The notes beneath the pieces are model-generated. The model was not told where the DNA came from and ran no database searches. It was given only the letters and a program-made list of their open reading frames with translations. A stretch of 64,000 nucleotides of DNA from Eledone cirrhosa. Lineage: Eukaryota. Made by a program: the position numbers and the translations under genes. Shown one piece after another: positions 13,781 through 29,388 of the stretch (the first letter of the stretch is position 1; every line of letters begins with the position of its first letter). The stretch lies in contig OZ024745.1 of assembly GCA_964016885.1 (NCBI GenBank), forward strand, positions 106,578,001 through 106,642,000, in the 5' to 3' direction.

Positions 13781-14639
13781 TCTCTCATATCCATTGATAG
13801 ATAAAGCAAACAAGTCTAGTATTTCTCCTCTGTCTTGCTGTATCAGTGGATGTTTTCGATATGGGTTCATTTGTAATTAAACAGCAGCATACATAACACA
13901 GAGGATGCCCTGACCTAGAAGATCTATTGTCAAATGCGTTACATCTGTGTCAATACCATCTTTTGTTTTTCAAGTAAAGTGCATCTATGATTTCATTGTT
14001 CATTGTGTACTTCCTTTTATAAAGATTGTAAATAGGGCCAGATTTAAGGGGGATTTAGCTGCTATTTCTAGCAGGTCAAGTGACGGTGTATCTCATTCAC
14101 TTGACTGGTGGTCACGTGATACGTCTTCTGTTCTTAAGTTTTAGTTTTAGCCCCGTGATACAGTGGCTTGCATGCTTCTTTCACATGAAGAGATCACACC
14201 CTTCCCACGCCTATCATAGTTAGCCTCATCTGCTGTCATATATCAATACCTCCCAGGACGATTTACTCATGGGTACATTGTCTTGAATACTTCCGCGTCG
14301 TCGATAGAATAGGTACCATTGAAAATGCTAGGAATCATTATAATCGACTGTTTCCTCTTTATAAATTGTATGGCCTTGTGCCTATGTTAGAAATAACATT
14401 AAAACCATCCACACGTTATCATCATCATTTACACCATTATGATTGCAACTACTACTGCTAGCAGCATCAGCATCCCCTGCAGCAGTATGACGAGTGCCAT
14501 GGATATCACAACTACCATTGGCCCTCGCATTATCCTGTTGACACATCATTTAGTGCAGGTGGACAGCTGACAAACAAATCTTTCAGTGCAACTAATTTTT
14601 CTCTTCCCTTCCTGTTGACTTTTGTCCACAATGTGTCAA

Positions 14640-14762
14640 AGCTTTCTTTCTCTTCCCCTGTCACTCTTCCTTTCTCATTTTACTCAATCTCTCTCACCCC
14701 CTCTCTATCCCCCCTCTCTCTCTCTCTCTCTCTTTCTTTCTCTCTCGAAGGTTCTTCTCTCC

Positions 14763-14804
<42 letters not shown>

Positions 14805-15730
14805 CGCTTTCTCCTTCACTCTATCTCTCTCTCTCTTTCTATCTCTCTTTCTTTCTGTCTTTCTCTCTCTCTCTTTCTTTCTGTCTTTCTCTCTCTCGAA
14901 GGTTTTTCTTTCTCAATCTCTCTGCCCCCTCTCTCTCTCTTTCTGCCTCTCTCTCTCTTTCTATCTCTCAATCGTTCTCCCTCACTCTCTCCCTCACTCT
15001 CCCGCTCACCCCTCTCTCTCTCTTTCTCTCTCTCTCGAAGGTTTTTCTTTCTCAATCTCTCTGCCCCTCTCTCTCTTTCTGCCTCTCTCTCTTTTTCTAT
15101 CTCTCAATCGTTCTCCCTCACTCTCTCCCTCACTCTCCCGCTCACCCCCCTCTCTCTCTTTCTCTCTCTCTCTCGAAGGTTTTTCTCTCTCAATCGCTCT
15201 CTTTCTATCTCTCAATCGCTTTCTCCCAAACTCTCTATCACCCCCCCCCCTATATCTCTCTCTTTCATTCTCTCTCTCGAAGGTTTTCTCTCTCAATCTC
15301 TCTCCCCCTCTCTCCATCTCTATCTCTTTCTTTCTATCTCTCAATCACTTTCTCACTCACTCTCTCACTCTCTTTCTCTCTCCTCCATACACTTTCTCTC
15401 GCCCTTCTCCATGCTAACACACACACACAAACTCACTAACATAAACACACGCATACACACACTTTTACTCAATTTCTCTCACCGCCTCTCTCTCGAAGGC
15501 TTTCTCTCTCAATCTCTCTCTCTCCCTCTCTCCCTCTCTCGATCGATTTCTCTCTCAATCTCTCTCTCCCCCTGTCTCCTTCTGTCAATCACTTTCTCTC
15601 TCGCTCTTCCTCTCTCACTCTCTTTCTCTCTCCACATACACGCCCTTCTCCAAGGTAACACACACACACACACACTCACTAACATAGCCATATGCACACA
15701 CACACGCATTCTTTGTTCAAATTTCCATAT
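14640..15730. repeat. Polypyrimidine minisatellite with ~138-bp higher-order unit
   Basis: CTCGAAGGTTTT landmarks at ~14897, 15036 and 15174, with degenerate copies on either side. Confidence 0.85.
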
Positions 15731-15800
15731 TCTCCTTCCCTAAACAGGTCTGTTTCGTTGGCTTTCGCTTCTGTAATATATATATACAAACACACACATA

Positions 15801-15865
<65 letters not shown>

Positions 15866-15920
15866 TATATATATATATATGAATATGAAATCATGGCGTG
15901 CTGCGTGGTTGCAAATGGGT

Positions 15921-16022
<102 letters not shown>

Positions 16023-16922
16023 GTATATATTTCGTTTCTGAATTTGTTTAGCAAGATTCTTTATCTGAAAACGTGTGTTGAAACCGATATTGTTATACTT
16101 TGGGAGGGTCATGTTGCCAATAAGAAACACACGCACCAGGTGCTTCCACTTCAATTTATTATAATACATTTATAAATTTAGGAATTTATAAATTTCCGGT
16201 TGGTTGGTTGGTTGGTTCCACAACTGGATGATTGTTTATATATTGTTAAAGTTCTTTCGTCACACATTCTGTGACCTCTTCAGTGACTGGGGATTCTTTT
16301 CTTTGTTTTTGTGCCTCTCCTTTGTTCTGTCCTACGCCATCTTCTTTTTGTGTGTGTTGTGTGCTTAGTTTGCGTATGTGTTACATCCGGGTGTCTGTGT
16401 GTGTTTATATTTGTTTATTTATTTTTTATTTACATGTTACTAGTTGGTTGTTTGTTCTATGTGCGTGTGTGTTTTCATTTTGTCCTTAATTGTAAGTTGT
16501 GATGTTGCTGTTCACAACTATTTCTTTCGCACCCTTGGTCTGGCAGGTCGCTTTTTTTCTCTCTCTCGTCTACGATTTCACAGAACTTACGTTCACCGAA
16601 TTCACAGACTAGATCCCTTCTTCCTCCCGTTAGACCTGTACGGAATTCCTTCCTTGCTTACATTCCAACCAGGTTTGATGTCTTTATTCTCTCTCGTTCA
16701 CGATTTCACCGAATTTATATTCATAGAAATTTGGGACTTGACTCCTTCTTCCTCACTTTTCGTTGCTTCACCATCTTTGTTTGTTTACACTCGTGTCCCC
16801 TTTATTTACGTGTTCCAACGACTTTTTTTTAGCCGTTGCTCGCACCAACCGGAGGTATATGGTCTTTAAAGCGATGAAATACCAATGATGGTTGGAAGAT
16901 CACTGATGAAAGACTAACTTTA

Positions 16923-16962
<40 letters not shown>

Positions 16963-16965
<3 letters not shown>

Positions 16966-17024
16966 TAAGTGTGTTCTGTTATTAATTCTGGCAATATTAC
17001 ACAAATATGACCCTCCCCAAGTAT

Positions 17025-17030
<6 letters not shown>
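16963..17030 (+). mobile_element. Short (TA)n-embedded repeat terminus (family also at 16087-16135 and 63313-63380, both minus)
   Basis: GTGTGTTCTGTTATTAATTCTGGCAATATTAC.CAAATATGACCCTCCCCAA.TATAACAAT is almost identical to the reverse complement of 63313-63380. Confidence 0.75.
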
Positions 17031-17089
<59 letters not shown>

Positions 17090-17138
17090 GATATCTTTCT
17101 TTGTTATATATAGACAGATAGATAGATAGATATGCGTG

Positions 17139-17220
<82 letters not shown>

Positions 17221-17228
17221 TATATATA

Positions 17229-17383
17229 TGGGGAAACGAGTCAGGACCCCGGCGGCTGAGCTTGGGCCTTTTCGACAGCTAGGGTCCGAACTAAGCTGGC
17301 TTATTACCCACTCTACTACCCCAAGTATCGAGTACTCTGGTGCGTTATGGTCCATCTGTTATCTTACCACACCTTCTTTGTTA
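17229..17383 (+). mobile_element. Microsatellite-embedded Penelope-like terminus, family A (also 29110-29280, 34200-34326, 36423-36593)
   Basis: Shared TTACCCACTCTACTACCC.AAGTAT.GAGTACTCTGGTGCGTTATGGTCCATCTG tail; the 5' part is inverted. The PLE assignment is inference. Confidence 0.65.
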
Positions 17384-17391
17384 CACACACA

Positions 17392-17514
<123 letters not shown>

Positions 17515-17534
17515 ACATATATATATATATATAT

Positions 17535-17628
17535 TAACTTTGCCTTTCATACTTACGGGGTCGATAAAATAAAGTACCAGTAATGTACTGGGTAATTGCT
17601 GGCCTTGCGCCAAAAGTAGAAACAATTA
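17535..17628 (+). mobile_element. 5'-truncated Nin-domain SINE
   Basis: TTAACTTTGCCTTTCAT...GTAGAAACAATTAT. Confidence 0.9.
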
Positions 17629-17751
17629 TATATATTATGTATGTGAGAAAGGAAGGTGGGATAGGTTTCATATAGTTATCCCTCTGTGGATCTTTTATAT
17701 TCTTCTATACATCTTCCTACTTATTTAAACAAATATCTACTGTCATATCTC

Positions 17752-17839
<88 letters not shown>

Positions 17840-17868
17840 CCCTCTCTCTCTCTCTCTAACACACACAC

Positions 17869-17925
<57 letters not shown>

Positions 17926-17926
<1 letters not shown>

Positions 17927-18821
17927 GAGGTGTGTCAGAAAAGTTCCAGGACTGACGTCACAAAAGATTTATTTCAAACCCAAACTTCACACTAAGAGTT
18001 TTCTCATTCAAAGTAATCCCCCTGGAATTTAATGCACTTTTACATTCTTTTCTGCCACGCTTGCATGCACTCCTGGATGGATTTTACCGGGATCCTCCGC
18101 AGTTCCGTCGTCACGGCCTTTTTGATGTCGTCCACGTCTTCAAAACGAGTCCCCTCCAGGTCGTACTCGAATATCCATAACTCATCACCGGTGATGACTG
18201 TCCCTAGTAAGTCTGGTTCGGTTTCAAGACACTCGAGGATGTCCTGGCACACTTGCATGCGTCGACCCTTCTGGTCATCGTTCAGCAGTTTTGGCACCAT
18301 CTTCGCGCAGACTTTCCGCATGTTCAAATCTTCAGTGAGAATCTTCCAGACGCTGTCCCGATTCATGCCCAGCTCATTTGCCCTCAGTCGAACAGTCAGC
18401 CGACGATCGCTACGCACCATCTGCCTGACGCGCTCAACGTTGACCTCAGTCCTAGTTGTTGAGGGCCTTCCGCTCCTGGGGTCATCTTCCATGTCCTCGC
18501 GTCCTTCTTTAAACCTCAAGCACCACTCAAAAACACGTGAGCGTCACATCGTCTCATCTCCATACTCTTGCTGCAGCAATCCCAGTGCTTCTGGCAGAGC
18601 TTTCAAGTTTGTTCGTTGCTCTGTGCTCATTGCTTGACGACCTGAAACAGAGGACATGTATATAAAATTATGAAGAAAAAAGTTTGATCGCTGCAGAGAG
18701 CTAAGATTACAGTTACATACTCCAGGTGGATTACTTTGAAGGAGAAAACTCTTAGTGTGAAGTTTGGGTTTGAAATAAATCTTTTGTGACATCAGTCCTG
18801 GAACTTTTCTGACACACCTCG
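17926..18821 (-). mobile_element. Mariner (Tc1/mariner) DNA transposon, internally deleted
   Basis: ~100-bp TIRs beginning CGAGGTGTGTCAGAAAAGTTCCAGGACTGA, flanked by TA. Transposase remnants MSTEQRTNLK, FKEGREDMEDDPRSGRPST, DRRLTVR, KVCAKMVPKLL, ITGDELWI; the rest of the DD34D core is deleted. Confidence 0.96.
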
Positions 18822-19699
18822 TATATATATATATATATATATATACAATAAAATTTGTTTTCGCTCTCATTGGAACTCCCAATTTCTTATTCAGTCTTCC
18901 TTTTCCATGTACCTATGGTGATACGCTGTTCTCTTGTTTATATCCCTTTTAGAATTACTTTACATAAGACTCATTTTCAGATGAGGATAGTAACTGCACT
19001 CAGTCACCTTATAATTCTATTTTTACTGCTGCCCGTCTTACATAATGACATAATATAGCCCCATGTAAGTGTTGATCGCGAGCTGGCCTATGACCAGAGG
19101 TGTTCCACTCTTTTTACATCGTACTGTTTTTGTTTTTCTTGGTTTTTGGTTATTTTTTAGTTCTTCCAGTAGTGAACCACCCGTCGTTTTGTTTATCTAG
19201 GATTATATTATCAGTGTGTCCCTCCCACCGTATAATTAAGTAATATTTGGCGGCTATTTCTAGCATTATAATTGATCCCAGAAAGAATCTCTCTTTAGTT
19301 CGTACTACATTTCTTTCTTTGTCTATTTTTGTCGTTATTCTTCTGTTCACGTTTTTCTATTATCGTTCCTATTATAACGAAGGTGTGTCCCAGTTGTTAT
19401 CCCTAATGTGTCTTGCTGTGTCAATATAGGGAGTGAAAGGAAAATATGTAACTATGAGCCAACAACAAATTACTTCACTTAAAATTGTGTTAACATATTT
19501 AATGTATTGAACATTTAATACATAATTAGAAATAGTAATAGTGTGAGTAAAAGACAGCATTGGCCCAATGACTAATATTAATTTAATCATTTCTTCCACG
19601 ACAAACAACATCAGATATGTTTCCTTCTTATCGAATCTTTTCAACAAAACATACTTCAGATCAGCGTACTAACTGAAATAGGGATGAGATTGGACTAAA

Positions 19700-20540
19700 A
19701 TAATTGTTTCTACTTTTGGCACAAGGCCAGCAATTACCCAGTGTATTACTGGTACTTTATTTTATCGACCCCGTAAGGATGAAAGGCAAAGTTAACCTCG
19801 GCGGGATTTGGACTAAAATAATGTCTATGAGTAAGTGTGATATATTTTACTTTCATCCTTCCAAGATCGATGAAATAAAGTACCAATCAATAACTGTGAT
19901 ACACAAAATCGACTTGCCTCTCCTCTAAAATTGTTAACTTTTCTTTTTTTTTTTCTTTTTTTTTGTCAGATTTTGGAACCATTATTAATCTTATCTCTAA
20001 GGCGTCGGAAGAAATATTTTGCAGTATTTCTTCAGTTTTTTCAGGTCTGTGTTCAGATTTTCTTAGGTCAACATTGTCTTTTTTCCTTCTGAAGTTGAAA
20101 CAAACAATAAAGTACTATACATGAACTGGTGTCGATATAATCTACTTGCACTGCTCCTAAACACTTCTGGCCTTGAGTCTATGTTAGATATCATAATTAA
20201 ACTTATCCGTGGCAGTATCGGTAGAGGGTTGGACGCCATGCTTTCTAGCATAGTTACGTCCCTTTACGGTTTGAGTTCAAATCCCGCTGAGGTTAACTTT
20301 GCCTTTCATCCTTACGGGGTCGATAAAATAAAGTACCAGTAATGTACTGGGTAATTGCTGGCCTTGTGTCTAAAGTAGAAACAATTATTATTTGACACAT
20401 AGTTACGGCACTTGTCATTCTGAGTTCAAATCCCGCCGAGGTTAACATTGCCTTTCATCCTTACGGGGTCGATAAAATAAAGTACCAGTAATACACTGGT
20501 AATTGCTGGCCTTGTGCCAAAACTAGGAACAATTATTATT
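19700..20540. mobile_element. SINE cluster in both orientations
   Basis: 19700-19815 (-), degenerate copies ~19845-20190 (+), 20210-20390 (+), 20399-20540 (+). Confidence 0.85.
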
Positions 20541-20952
20541 TATAATAATTCCTTCACAAATTATTTATAATTATTTATTTTATTACATTTTCATGCTTTG
20601 CGGTGGTTTGTTTATTTTCTGTTATTAAAATTTTCCCTTCCTTTTTTAAAGCCCCATGCACCCTAACATCTCAGTATGACATAACTTTCACTTCAGACTA
20701 AAACCCCAAGCTTCCCAAATTTCCCTTCCCATCGAAATGTACCTCAATAACCTTAAAATGTTCTACAACAACATTTGCCAGCTTTATTTAACTTCATGAC
20801 ATATAGTTAGGTAGGAAACGTCATCTTTGGTTCACAGCTGCAACCGTTAGTAATAGAAAAGGAAATGTTATTTTCTTTAACACAACTTGCCCCTACTACT
20901 TTATGGCACACACACGTACAAACAGACTTACAGAAACCCGCATATATATGCA

Positions 20953-22651
<1,699 letters not shown>

Positions 22652-22774
22652 CTTACTATATGTTTATTTATTTATATGAGATGTCAACATCAATGGACCT
22701 ATTATTTTTATCTAAAGACATTTTTTCCAATTCCATCTCGCTCGACCGCTTAATCTATTTTATTTCTCATTCTT

Positions 22775-22810
22775 TTTTCTGATGAAGGACTAGCGTCCGA
22801 AACATTAAGA
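22775..22810 (+). ncRNA. Degenerate minimal type I hammerhead ribozyme in a PLE-like terminus (family B)
   Basis: CTGATGA-A-GGAC(TAGC)GTCC-GAAACATT. The downstream CAAGCGTTAACCTAATA...TACTGTAC...GTTGTTATTT is shared with 24060-24170 (-). Confidence 0.6.
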
Positions 22811-22894
22811 CCCTCTTCCTGCTATATCAAGCGTTAACCTAATATATATCTTCCATATACTGTACCGATTGTGTTGTTATTTCTGTTAACCTTT

Positions 22895-22930
<36 letters not shown>

Positions 22931-22935
<5 letters not shown>

Positions 22936-23065
22936 AAATTCCGTTATAACGAAATTTGTGGCGTTTAAAAATAAAATTCGTTGTAATGAAAAATTCGTTA
23001 TACGAGATCGACCTAACACATCGAGCGTGTTGGCTGGGGGTTTAAAACAATGTTCGTTATACTGA
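22931..23065 (+). mobile_element. Probable pogo/Tigger-type MITE left end
   Basis: AGTGAAATTCCGTTATAACGAA start and repeated TTCGTTATA motifs; no right TIR found. Confidence 0.45.
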
Positions 23066-23120
23066 AGCATTGTTGAATAGGAAACACAAATTTAAATAAT
23101 TTTCTAATGCATCGTTTAGT

Positions 23121-23173
<53 letters not shown>

Positions 23174-23924
23174 TATGTATACGTACATACATATATGTAT
23201 ACAGACGTACAGTAGTATGTATATATATATACATACATGCACACATATATATAATGCTCGGTGTGTTTTTAACTCACACGATATGCAAATTAGGCTGCTC
23301 AGTGTTTGCTAAACACTGTACGGCTTAATCGGATGTTTGTTTACAAACACAGCGAGCATTATAATAAATGTTCGGTAAATCCATACGTACATATATATAT
23401 GTGTGCATGTATGTATATATATACATACTACTGTACGTCTGTATACATATATGTATGTACGTATACATACTTATATTTAAGTAACAGCCGTACTAAGAGT
23501 GAGAAACGAAATTTCGTTTCATTTTTTCCGTTTATATATATATATATATATATATATATGGGTAATTATCAGCTTTTTTGTTGTCTTTTTTTACTGACTG
23601 ACTCGATTATTGATATATGTTAGGTGTATATAAATTTTTGTTTATGAGCATAATTAATTTGTGGGATATACCAATAATTTTGATATCTTTATTGGATGAT
23701 TAGATTATCATTAAGTCACTGATCATCATGAACTATTGTTCATTACACTGATGAATTTGTTCAATTTTTGGCATCTCATTACCGAATTCCATAGAGATAT
23801 ATACTCTGCAACTGATTAACCCCAATTAGAATTGTGTAGGACAGTGAGTGACACGATATTGCAGTATCATACATTGTGTGAAATACCCCCATTGTATTGT
23901 GATTTCGTCAACTATTTATATATA

Positions 23925-23972
23925 TTCCTGATGATTTCTCCCGAACGAAACATTTCTAGGCCTGTGGAAGCC
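23925..23972 (+). ncRNA. Degenerate hammerhead (family C, homologous to 55071-55121)
   Basis: CTGATGA-TTTC(TCCC)GAAC-GAAACAT...CTGTG-GAAGCC; the cleavage triplet has mutated. Confidence 0.45.
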
Positions 23973-23986
23973 TGTTCTATATCACA

Positions 23987-24059
<73 letters not shown>

Positions 24060-24140
24060 GGAAAAGTAAATAACAACAAGGAGTACAGTAAGGTAAGGTG
24101 TCAGCTATTAGGTTCACGCTTGAGAGTGGGTGGCGGGGGA

Positions 24141-24170
24141 GACGTTTCGGGCATAAGCCCTTCATCAGGA
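24141..24170 (-). ncRNA. Minimal hammerhead core (family B)
   Basis: Minus strand CTGATGA-A-GGGC(TTAT)GCCC-GAAACGTC with palindromic ACGT stem III; the stem I 3' strand is not evident. Confidence 0.65.
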
Positions 24171-24274
24171 CAATGGTGGGAAGGATTTTTTTTTTTTTTT
24201 TTTTTTTGATTGGTTCACCACTGGATATAACTGGTCATTCCGTATGGTCAATCCTGGTGTAATATTGTGAAGAG

Positions 24275-24346
<72 letters not shown>

Positions 24347-24530
24347 ATATATATACATATATATACACTCACACACATATATATATATACATATATATAC
24401 ACACACACACATATATATATATATACATATATATACACACACACACATATATATATACATATATATACACACACACACATATATATATACATATATATAC
24501 ACACACACACATATATATATACATATATAT

Positions 24531-24619
<89 letters not shown>

Positions 24620-24672
24620 AATAAATATATATATATGGGGGTTATGTGTGTGTGTCTGTGCGACTATAACTA

Positions 24673-24718
<46 letters not shown>

Positions 24719-24904
24719 GAATAGGTATCATGAAGTTCACTTGATGATGCAATATCAACCACCGTGTTCAAATATGCAGGTAACATATTTGTGCGTAAGC
24801 TCTTGAATTTGTTTTTCTTGCGGGGGGGGGGGGGGGGGGGTAATCATCTGGCTCCTTAGGAAGTTAAAGTTGCGAGTGTTAACCATATACTGAAATGAAA
24901 ATTG

Positions 24905-25278
24905 CGTGACAATTGTCGTGGAGTGTTACTGCTTTCTGTAGAAAACAGGGACCTTGCTCGAGTTATTCTGAACAGAATAATGACTCATTTGGTAGCTTAT
25001 TTATATCCTGAAACCCAGTGTGGCTTCTGTGGTGGGAGAGGAATCATAGACTTAATATATTGCTTGTGGTAGTTTGCAGAGAAAGTACGAGAGAAGATTT
25101 TTGTTGACTTTACAACAGCTTTCGACTCCTTCAATCACAATGATTTCTGCTCACATCTGAAAAAGATTGGGATTCTTTATAAGATACTTACTGTCATTTA
25201 ACCTTCTCTGAAAACCTGCAATTTTCTGTTAGGTCAGATGGCAGTTCATCAGATCCTTTCCGTGTAAAGTAAAGGTGT
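24905..25278 (+). pseudogene. RTE-clade reverse transcriptase fragment
   Basis: DNCRGVLLLSV...LARVILNRI...YPETQCGFCGGRGIIDLIY...EKVREKIFVDFTTAFDS...LKKIGI, with stops. Confidence 0.88.
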
Positions 25279-25282
25279 TATT

Positions 25283-25470
25283 TACTTACTCTCCTTGCTC
25301 TCCTTACACTCCTTACTCTGCTTACTTTCCTTACTCTCCATGCTCTCCTTACTCTCCTTGCTCTCCTTACTTTCCTTGGTCTCTTGGCTCTCCTTACTCT
25401 CCTTACTTTCCTTACTCTCTTTGCTCTCCTTACTTTCCTTACTCTCCTTGCTCTCATTACTACCCTTGCA
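25283..25470. repeat. 9-bp minisatellite (CTCCTTACT / CTCCTTGCT / TTCCTTACT)
   Basis: Direct inspection. Confidence 0.9.
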
Positions 25471-26039
25471 CTCTTACACACCTCTCTCCTGCTCTAATTA
25501 CTCTCCTCACTTTCTTCATGCAGTCTCGATTGACATGGATTTGTCCTTGTTAAGATGAACAAAGATAATTTTATTCATGGCCAGCTTCAGGCGAGCTTGC
25601 CTAACATGGAAAGACATCTTTTAGACACAAAAATAAGCTGAAATATAATATCAAACATATTGGAATACAAACATACAAATTTGAGAAATGTACTGCTGAC
25701 CGTAATACAGAAATGAAAACGTCAAAATGGCACTAGGGGCCATGTCAGAGCAAGAATTGAGCACCTAAATAATCTAAGGAAAGGTCGAAATGATAGAGTT
25801 TCTGTTCAACGTTTTGTGTGTAAAGGATGCAATTCGGTTTGCAAAAGCAGATTTACTGTCTCGCGCGATAACTGTTTGTAGAGCACAAAATGTAAAATGT
25901 TTTCGGTCCGCGTGTCGTGTGCTGGAGACGATGAGAGATTCATCATATATATATATATATGTGTATATATATATATATATATATGACTTTCCAGGGATAA
26001 CTTGAGCCGTTAAGGTATATTATCCTTGGTTATGTCAAA

Positions 26040-26263
26040 TATTTATAAAACATTTTGTATTTTATCTGATGATAGCGTACCAAAATGTTGGTACCCTTGA
26101 AATATATGTAATATATATAATAGAATAAATATGATTTTATAAATATAATTTCCATTTATTTAATATCAATGTATATTATACTACAGTAATCTTGTTGAGT
26201 GCTCTAAATCAGTTATAAACATTTATATTTGTTGAATTACCAACAAATTGAATATCCCTTCTG

Positions 26264-26266
<3 letters not shown>
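26040..26266 (+). mobile_element. PLE-like terminus family D with hammerhead (core 26058-26127)
   Basis: TATTTTAT-CTGATGA-...GTACCAA(AATG)TTGGTAC...-GAAATATATGTA; homologous to 36926-37143 and 55681-56009; ends in (TA)n. Confidence 0.75.
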
Positions 26267-26305
<39 letters not shown>

Positions 26306-26956
26306 ATAACAAGGTATCGTTTAAGGTAATCCAGCTAGAGGTTGTGAATACTCTGTATTGAGGATAGTTTTAACGTACGGTGTTGCTTCACTCAACAAGA
26401 AGTTTCCTTAGTCAGGTGGCCAGTTTAAGAAAGTTCCTAGGCAGGTGGTTCTTGGAGTAATAATAGTAAAAGAATGAAGAATAACATAGTCAGCTGTAAT
26501 TACGTCACTCGAGCTTAATTACAGTGTTTGCCTGATCAAATCATCACAATACTGATGAATGTAAATGAAAACAATAATAAAAACAACAGAAATATTGTCA
26601 CTGATGTTATTCTCCGATGTATCTATAAATACCAGTGGCCTGTCTTATACACACAACAGTATTCTGATGATTTGATGTGTGTGGGGGTGGGGTGCGCGTG
26701 TGTGTGCGTGCGTGCGTGTGTGTGTGCGTGTGTGTGTGCGTGTATGTGTGCGTGTGTGTATGCACTAGTATCTGGCTAGATATCTAATTATTTATTTAAA
26801 AGAAAGTGCCAAAAATCTGCTACATCAACAATATTCTGTTGACGTAGCCAGTTTATATCAACTTCTCTCAGATGACCAATGACGTACTAACATCCACAAA
26901 GACATATTTGCTGAGACAGACGACAAGGCTGGACATAGATCTGCATAAGGTAACAA

Positions 26957-28940
26957 AGCTAAACATTGAACTTTCAAGCTGTATCTGCTTTCAGCTGTAT
27001 CTGACACACCAGGAAAGTATTAAGATATCAAATTCAAAATATAAAATATAAAATATAAAATAAAATATAAAAATGTAAAATATAAAATAAAATATAAAAT
27101 ATGAAATATGAACGAAAATCTAAAAGATAAAATATATAAAATGAAACTGAAGATAAAATAAAATATAAAATCCACATTGGGGTTTCCTACTAAAGTTTTT
27201 CCAGTTGTCTCTAAGAGATGTAAAAGGAAAATTTAAGAAGATTAATAGGACACCGTGCAACATTTCCTGATCAGGATTGAACCACTGACCAGAATCTCCA
27301 CCGTTTCTAATATTTTCACTCGGCCACAGAGACTACTGAAAGTTAATACTTATAAACCTACTTTCAAAATCGAAATCCAAAAATATCTGGTTTGATTCAT
27401 GCCTTTCTTAATGTTATTGCTCTTTTTTAGGGTCTACTTGTATAACATCTGGGTCTTCCGTAAACTACATCATCACTTTGTTTCTAATTTACCTAGTCTT
27501 TATTTGAACCTATAATTCATGTTTCATAATTCTAACACCTCATTTCTCTTCTCTCTTTCTCTCTCTTTCTCTCTCTTTCTCTCTCTTTCTCTCTCTCTCA
27601 CTCACTCTCTCTCTCTCTTTGTGAGCGTGTGTGATACCTGAATTTACTATCATTTGGTACTCTATTATTTCATAGAGTTACGTCCCTTTATGATCTGAGT
27701 TCAAACCCCGCCGAGGTTAACTTTGCCTTTCATCCTTACAGGGTCGATAAAATAAAGTACCAGTAATGTACTGGGTAATTGCTGGCCTTGTGCCTAAAAT
27801 AGAAACAATTATTTCATATATATGTGACTATATGTCAGTTAAAATATGTTTGTTAAAATAATTGTTTCATCTTTTGGCACAAGGTCCCTGTGTATTACTG
27901 GTACTTTATTTTATCGACCCCGTAAGGATGAAAGGCAAAGATAACCTCTGCGGGATTTGGACTCAGACCATAAAGGGCCGTAACTCTATGCTGCAAAGCA
28001 TAGCGTCCGATCCTCTACCGATACTGCCAATCCACCGCTATTTGTTAAAATAATTGTTTCTACTTTCGGCAGAAGGCCAGCAATTATCCTAGTGTATTAC
28101 TGGTGCTTTATTTTATCGAACCCGTAAGGAGGAAAGGCAAAGTTAACCTAGGCGGGATTTGAACTCAGACTATAAAGGCCCGTAACTCCTGTTGTAAAGC
28201 TGTTTGTTAAAATAATAATTAAATAAAAGGAAATATACTATCCCAGCTAAACATTGAACCTGTAACTACACCATACAAGCTGTAACTGAGCTACCAGGAC
28301 ACCTACAGAATGGTATGTCAATAATAAAGTATTAAAATATCAAATTTCAATATAAAATATAAAATAAAACATAAAATATAAAATAAAATATAAAATATAA
28401 AATATAAAAAATATATAAAATAAAATATAAAGTATAATTAAATAAAGTATAAAATTTAAAATATGAAATACAAAAACATAAGTTACAAAAAAAAATTATA
28501 AACTCAAATAAAATATAAAATAAAATATTAAAAAAATATGAAATGCAATATAAAATACAATATAAAACAAAAAATGGAATAAAATCCACATTGGGGTTCT
28601 TACTAAACATTTCTAGGTGTTCTCTAAGAGTGATATAAGGAAAATGCTAACAGATTAATAGGAAACACAACATGTAACCACTGTCCAGGATTGATCCACA
28701 AACTAGGACCTTCACCGTATCTAATAGTTCCACTAGGCCATAGACACGACTACGAAAGTTTACTGAAAATTGATACTTATAAATCTACTCTCAAAATCGA
28801 AATTCAAATACATGCGGTGCCGTTCATGTCTTTTTTAATGTTATATGGGTCCTCCATAGAATACATCCTCACTTTGTTTCTTCTCAACATAGGGTTTATT
28901 TGAACCTATAATCCACATTTCCTTTCTGTCGCAACTGATT

Positions 28941-28993
<53 letters not shown>

Positions 28994-29075
28994 GTCTTTA
29001 GGTACGTGGTACGTGTGTGATATTTGAACCTTCTATCATTTGGTCTTCTCTTATGTACATGTGACTGCATATCAC
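26957..29075 (+). repeat. Diverged local tandem duplication (~0.75-0.85 kb units) containing (AATATAA)n
   Basis: AGCTAAACATTGAAC, AAAATCCACATTGGGGTT, GATTAATAGGA, TTATTTGAACCTATAAT and CTATCATTTGGT occur in the same order at 26957-27670 and 28244-29075. Confidence 0.85.
27671..28200. mobile_element. Three Nin-domain SINEs
   Basis: 27671-27812 (+), 27858-28038 (-), 28049-28200 (-). TTTGTTAAAATAAT at ~27849, 28041 and 28203. Confidence 0.9.
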
Positions 29076-29290
29076 TGCCCCTGTATATTTATATATATAT
29101 ATATATATATGGGAAAATGTTTAACCCCGACGGCAGAGAAATAGCCGTCGAAACGGCTTGACCTCTGCCGTCGAGGTTAAACATTTTCCTATTTTCCTAT
29201 TACCCACTCTACTACCCTAAGTATTGAGTACTCTGGTGCGTTATGGTCCATCTGGTTCCTTACCACACTTCCTTCATTATATATAAATAA

Positions 29291-29388
<98 letters not shown>

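Noticed and set aside
16895-16925. CTGATGA motif (also at 260 and 23748)
   Set aside because: No correctly placed GAAA or closing stems; at most a truncated remnant.
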